A stretch of 64,000 nucleotides of DNA. Origin: Tubulanus polymorphus (Eukaryota; Animalia; Nemertea). A model generated the notes under the pieces. That model searched no databases and was not told the origin of the DNA. It saw only the letters and a list, made by a program, of their open reading frames with translations. Where the stretch lies: assembly GCF_964204645.1 (NCBI RefSeq), contig NC_134026.1, positions 4,735,950 to 4,799,949 of the forward strand. The letters are read 5' to 3'. This document shows, in pieces, positions 61,003 to 64,000 of the stretch (positions are counted from its first letter, which is position 1; each line of letters opens with the position of its first letter). The position numbers and the translations under genes were made by a program.

Positions 61003-61322
61003 AAGGGATCTACTATCTTCAAACTCAAAAAAGGTTTGGATAATAATTTATGAATGTAAGATCGACTCCTGTATGATTTCGAGTCTTTCGGAGATGCATT
61101 CGGGGTCATTTCCATTTTCATTTTCAGACTATTTTCGGAATTTCTTTCACGATTTTTACACCATGCCAAGAAATAGTGTCACGATTTTTTGTGAATAAAG
61201 GGATCTACTGTCTCCAAGCTTTGGGAATAGTCTAGGTTTATGAAAAGATAGAATTCTGCAAGAAAGTCTTTCGGAGATGCGTTGGCTTTTCCTTTTTCAG
61301 ACTGTTTTCCGAACTTCTTTCA
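61003..61322. repeat. old ~195-bp tandem duplication
   Basis: AAGGGATCTACT, AGTCTTTCGGAGATGC and TTTTCAGACT.TTTTC.GAA.TTCTTTCA each occur twice in the same order. Confidence 0.6.
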
Positions 61323-64000
61323 AACTTCGATTTTTTATATTTGCAAAAGAAATCTTAATCTCAATCTTTCAGTATTGGGAATCGCTATAAGTAATCTCCG
61401 AGCTCACTGGCGAGCTCAAACGAATCCTGATCGTCGCCATAGGCAGGACGTGGATGATGACGAGATCGCTATCATTAGCTTCTCCAATACCGCAACAGTT
61501 TGCCAAACAATCCTTAACTTACTTACAGAGCGTGAGCATTAAACCGGTTTTCATCATCGAATATGCGGACGTGTATTTACCCATAAATTAGTCGCACTGC
61601 CGATATGAATATTGCATGCATTATACGCGCGAGATTGCGTGCCGGGGTTCCAGCGTTCATCGTCCGTAATCAATCAATGATAGTATCGATTTCAACTGAT
61701 CGATCGATAATTTCGTCTCGTTCGACAAGGCTGAGTGTGGCTTCGTGTTGTTTTTCGTGATCAATCAATGCTTATTAACGTCACACGGCAAACTTGTCGC
61801 AAAAAGCCGCACTAAAAACTCGGTCGTTACTATGGCTCTATACGATGTGGACCCATCCTCAATATATTTATATATTGATACTGACATTTACGAGGCTTTA
61901 ACTCTTGGTTTGAACTTGGCAAAATCAATCTAATAATGGCAATTAAATTGATGATTTTATTACGAAAGAGAGTCTACAGACAATTCTGGTGCTGTAATTT
62001 CTGTGGTACTGCTATGGTTGATAGCATGTCATCGTGAAAATGTGTATTTTGAACATCTGCAAAAATTCAAGGTTTATCGAACCATTCAGGCTCGTAGCGT
62101 GACTGAGTTTTATGGGCGGTTCGTTTTCCTTTTCGAAATTTTTTCTAATCTCCGCAAATCTATTTTCCAATAGCGAGACTTTTTGGATTTTGGGCGGTGC
62201 GTCGTAATCCATCACACAAGAGGCCCTCCCCGCAAGCTACGGCCCTGCCTTGACTGACTTTTATTGCATTTTTCTCAACCAGTGATTTTTAGAATGGGAG
62301 CTATGGTCGTTACAAAAACTGGAACTTACGAAGTATTATTTTTATTTTTATTATTATTTATTTTTCCATTTTGAATGATAATAATCGTACAAAGTAATAC
62401 AAATACAAAAATTCAAGATGGAGGGAAACATGAAGAAACCTGTTAAGGTTTATATGATATTCATGCCACCCTCGTACACCCAATCACACTCTCTTTCACA
62501 CTACATTCACACTGAAAATATTTAAGTGCCAGATGGCAGAGACTGGCAAGGTTATCGAAACATTAATTGAGAAGATACTGTTTGAGAGCACGTTTAAAAA
62601 CTGGAGGGAAGTATTTGTATTAAAGAAAACAATTTGCAATAATGTAATCTTTTCAAAATCTTCAAAATACGAGGTCGCCTACAGTCCGATGTGGCATACC
62701 GTTTTAGTTGAATACATATGATACGCAAGATTTATGCTGTATAATCCGATCTAGCAATGCGGTTACTACGTCAGATCAGAAAGCTCATAAAATGTAATTC
62801 AGATTCAATGGATATGAGGACTATTGATCATTTCTAAAAATGCCCAGCTTTCTCCTGGCTGGCAAAAAGCATTTCGGTGTACGCTTACGATGTGATACTT
62901 TCAAAGCGTTCTAGGGGGGCTCGTATTATTGTGTCATTCAAAACGTCAAAGCCTTGGGCATTCATACATAGTACAAGTAGATCGCCGAGGGAATAAGTGA
63001 TTTCAAGGTGAAAAGGTGTGCCATACGAAAGTTTACATATACACTTAATCTATAAATCTTTTTCTCTTGTCTTGTCGTAACGCTACTCCTTGGTACAGGA
63101 TCAATCGGGAAAATGCTAAAATCGCTGAGGAATTTTTTCTGTTGAACGTTCTTAGGTCCTCGAGTAACGAATAGTCTGTATGCCTATTAACGGGCGCAAT
63201 GTTATCGAGAAAGGTGGGTTTTTGGCACACACCTTTTCGAGTAGATCTGTTGCCGCAGTACCAAATATTATTGGTGTCAGGTGAAATAAAAACAGATCTT
63301 ATTTCAACCATTCCAAGAATTATTGTTCTATACATACTATACTACTCATTGACTTCGGAACCGACATTTCAATACCCGAAGCTATACGCGCACGTATTCT
63401 AGCGCGATAAACGCCAACTTAAAAACTGGAACTTCAAATCGACGTCCCACGGCAATTTCATATCGACTGACAGCTGACTTGCAAGGCGAAGCGTACGCTA
63501 TCATAGTAAAACGTAAACTAATCCCACTTTTAGAAAAATCATTAGCCTAATGCGTGCGTTTACAACGGTTAGGTAGGTGGTGGTTGGCATTGTTTACGCA
63601 ATATCTAGAAATCGAATTTTCTGTTTTCTGCGTGTGTGTGTAGGCTATACGTGTGTGTGTGTGCTCTCACTTTGAAAATAGACACCAATACACTCCCACT
63701 GGAACACCTTCAGACGGAGGGGGCTATTTATTCCTCGACCAACAATAATCTGTAACCTTGTTTTCGAAGGATATTACTACGTTCCACCTTGGAGTAATCA
63801 TTTGACGAAAATGATTACTCCCGAGGTTTCACGTAGATTGGTAGTGGGCCGCTCAGATGATTCCATAATTTATCATCATGTTCTGAAAATTGCGCGTGTC
63901 CAATAAAAAGAAAAAAATGCGCACTCGCGAGAAATAGCAGCCCGTCTTTTTTTACAAATATTAAAATCCGCCCTACCACATCACGCACCGACGTTTTGCA

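Overview
Eukaryotic, AT-rich invertebrate (metazoan) genomic DNA, probably spiralian or lophotrochozoan judging from repeat style; the taxon is an inference. It has spliceosomal GT-AG genes, and I found no prokaryotic operons or CRISPR arrays. 1-15 kb is repeat-dense: nested MITEs, tRNA-derived heads, a TTAA-flanked Kolobok-like element, and a ~0.9 kb inverted repeat whose second arm carries two insertions. 15-28 kb is a compact gene cluster with three parts. (i) A minus-strand, ~22-exon gene built only from recycled copies of the Ig1/Ig2/Ig3 exons of a LAR-type receptor tyrosine phosphatase. It has a signal peptide and ~14 Ig domains, no FN3, transmembrane or phosphatase exons were seen, and it was expanded by nested tandem duplications including a near-perfect 2303-bp one. 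(ii) A CARD domain that can splice in frame to a long coiled-coil region. (iii) A divergently oriented intronless 308-aa ORF. 28-64 kb has no recognisable coding exon, only MITEs, microsatellites, a LINE remnant and a 211-bp palindrome carrying a Penelope-type minimal hammerhead ribozyme motif. All gene models were built by hand from splice signals and reading-frame phase and need RNA confirmation.
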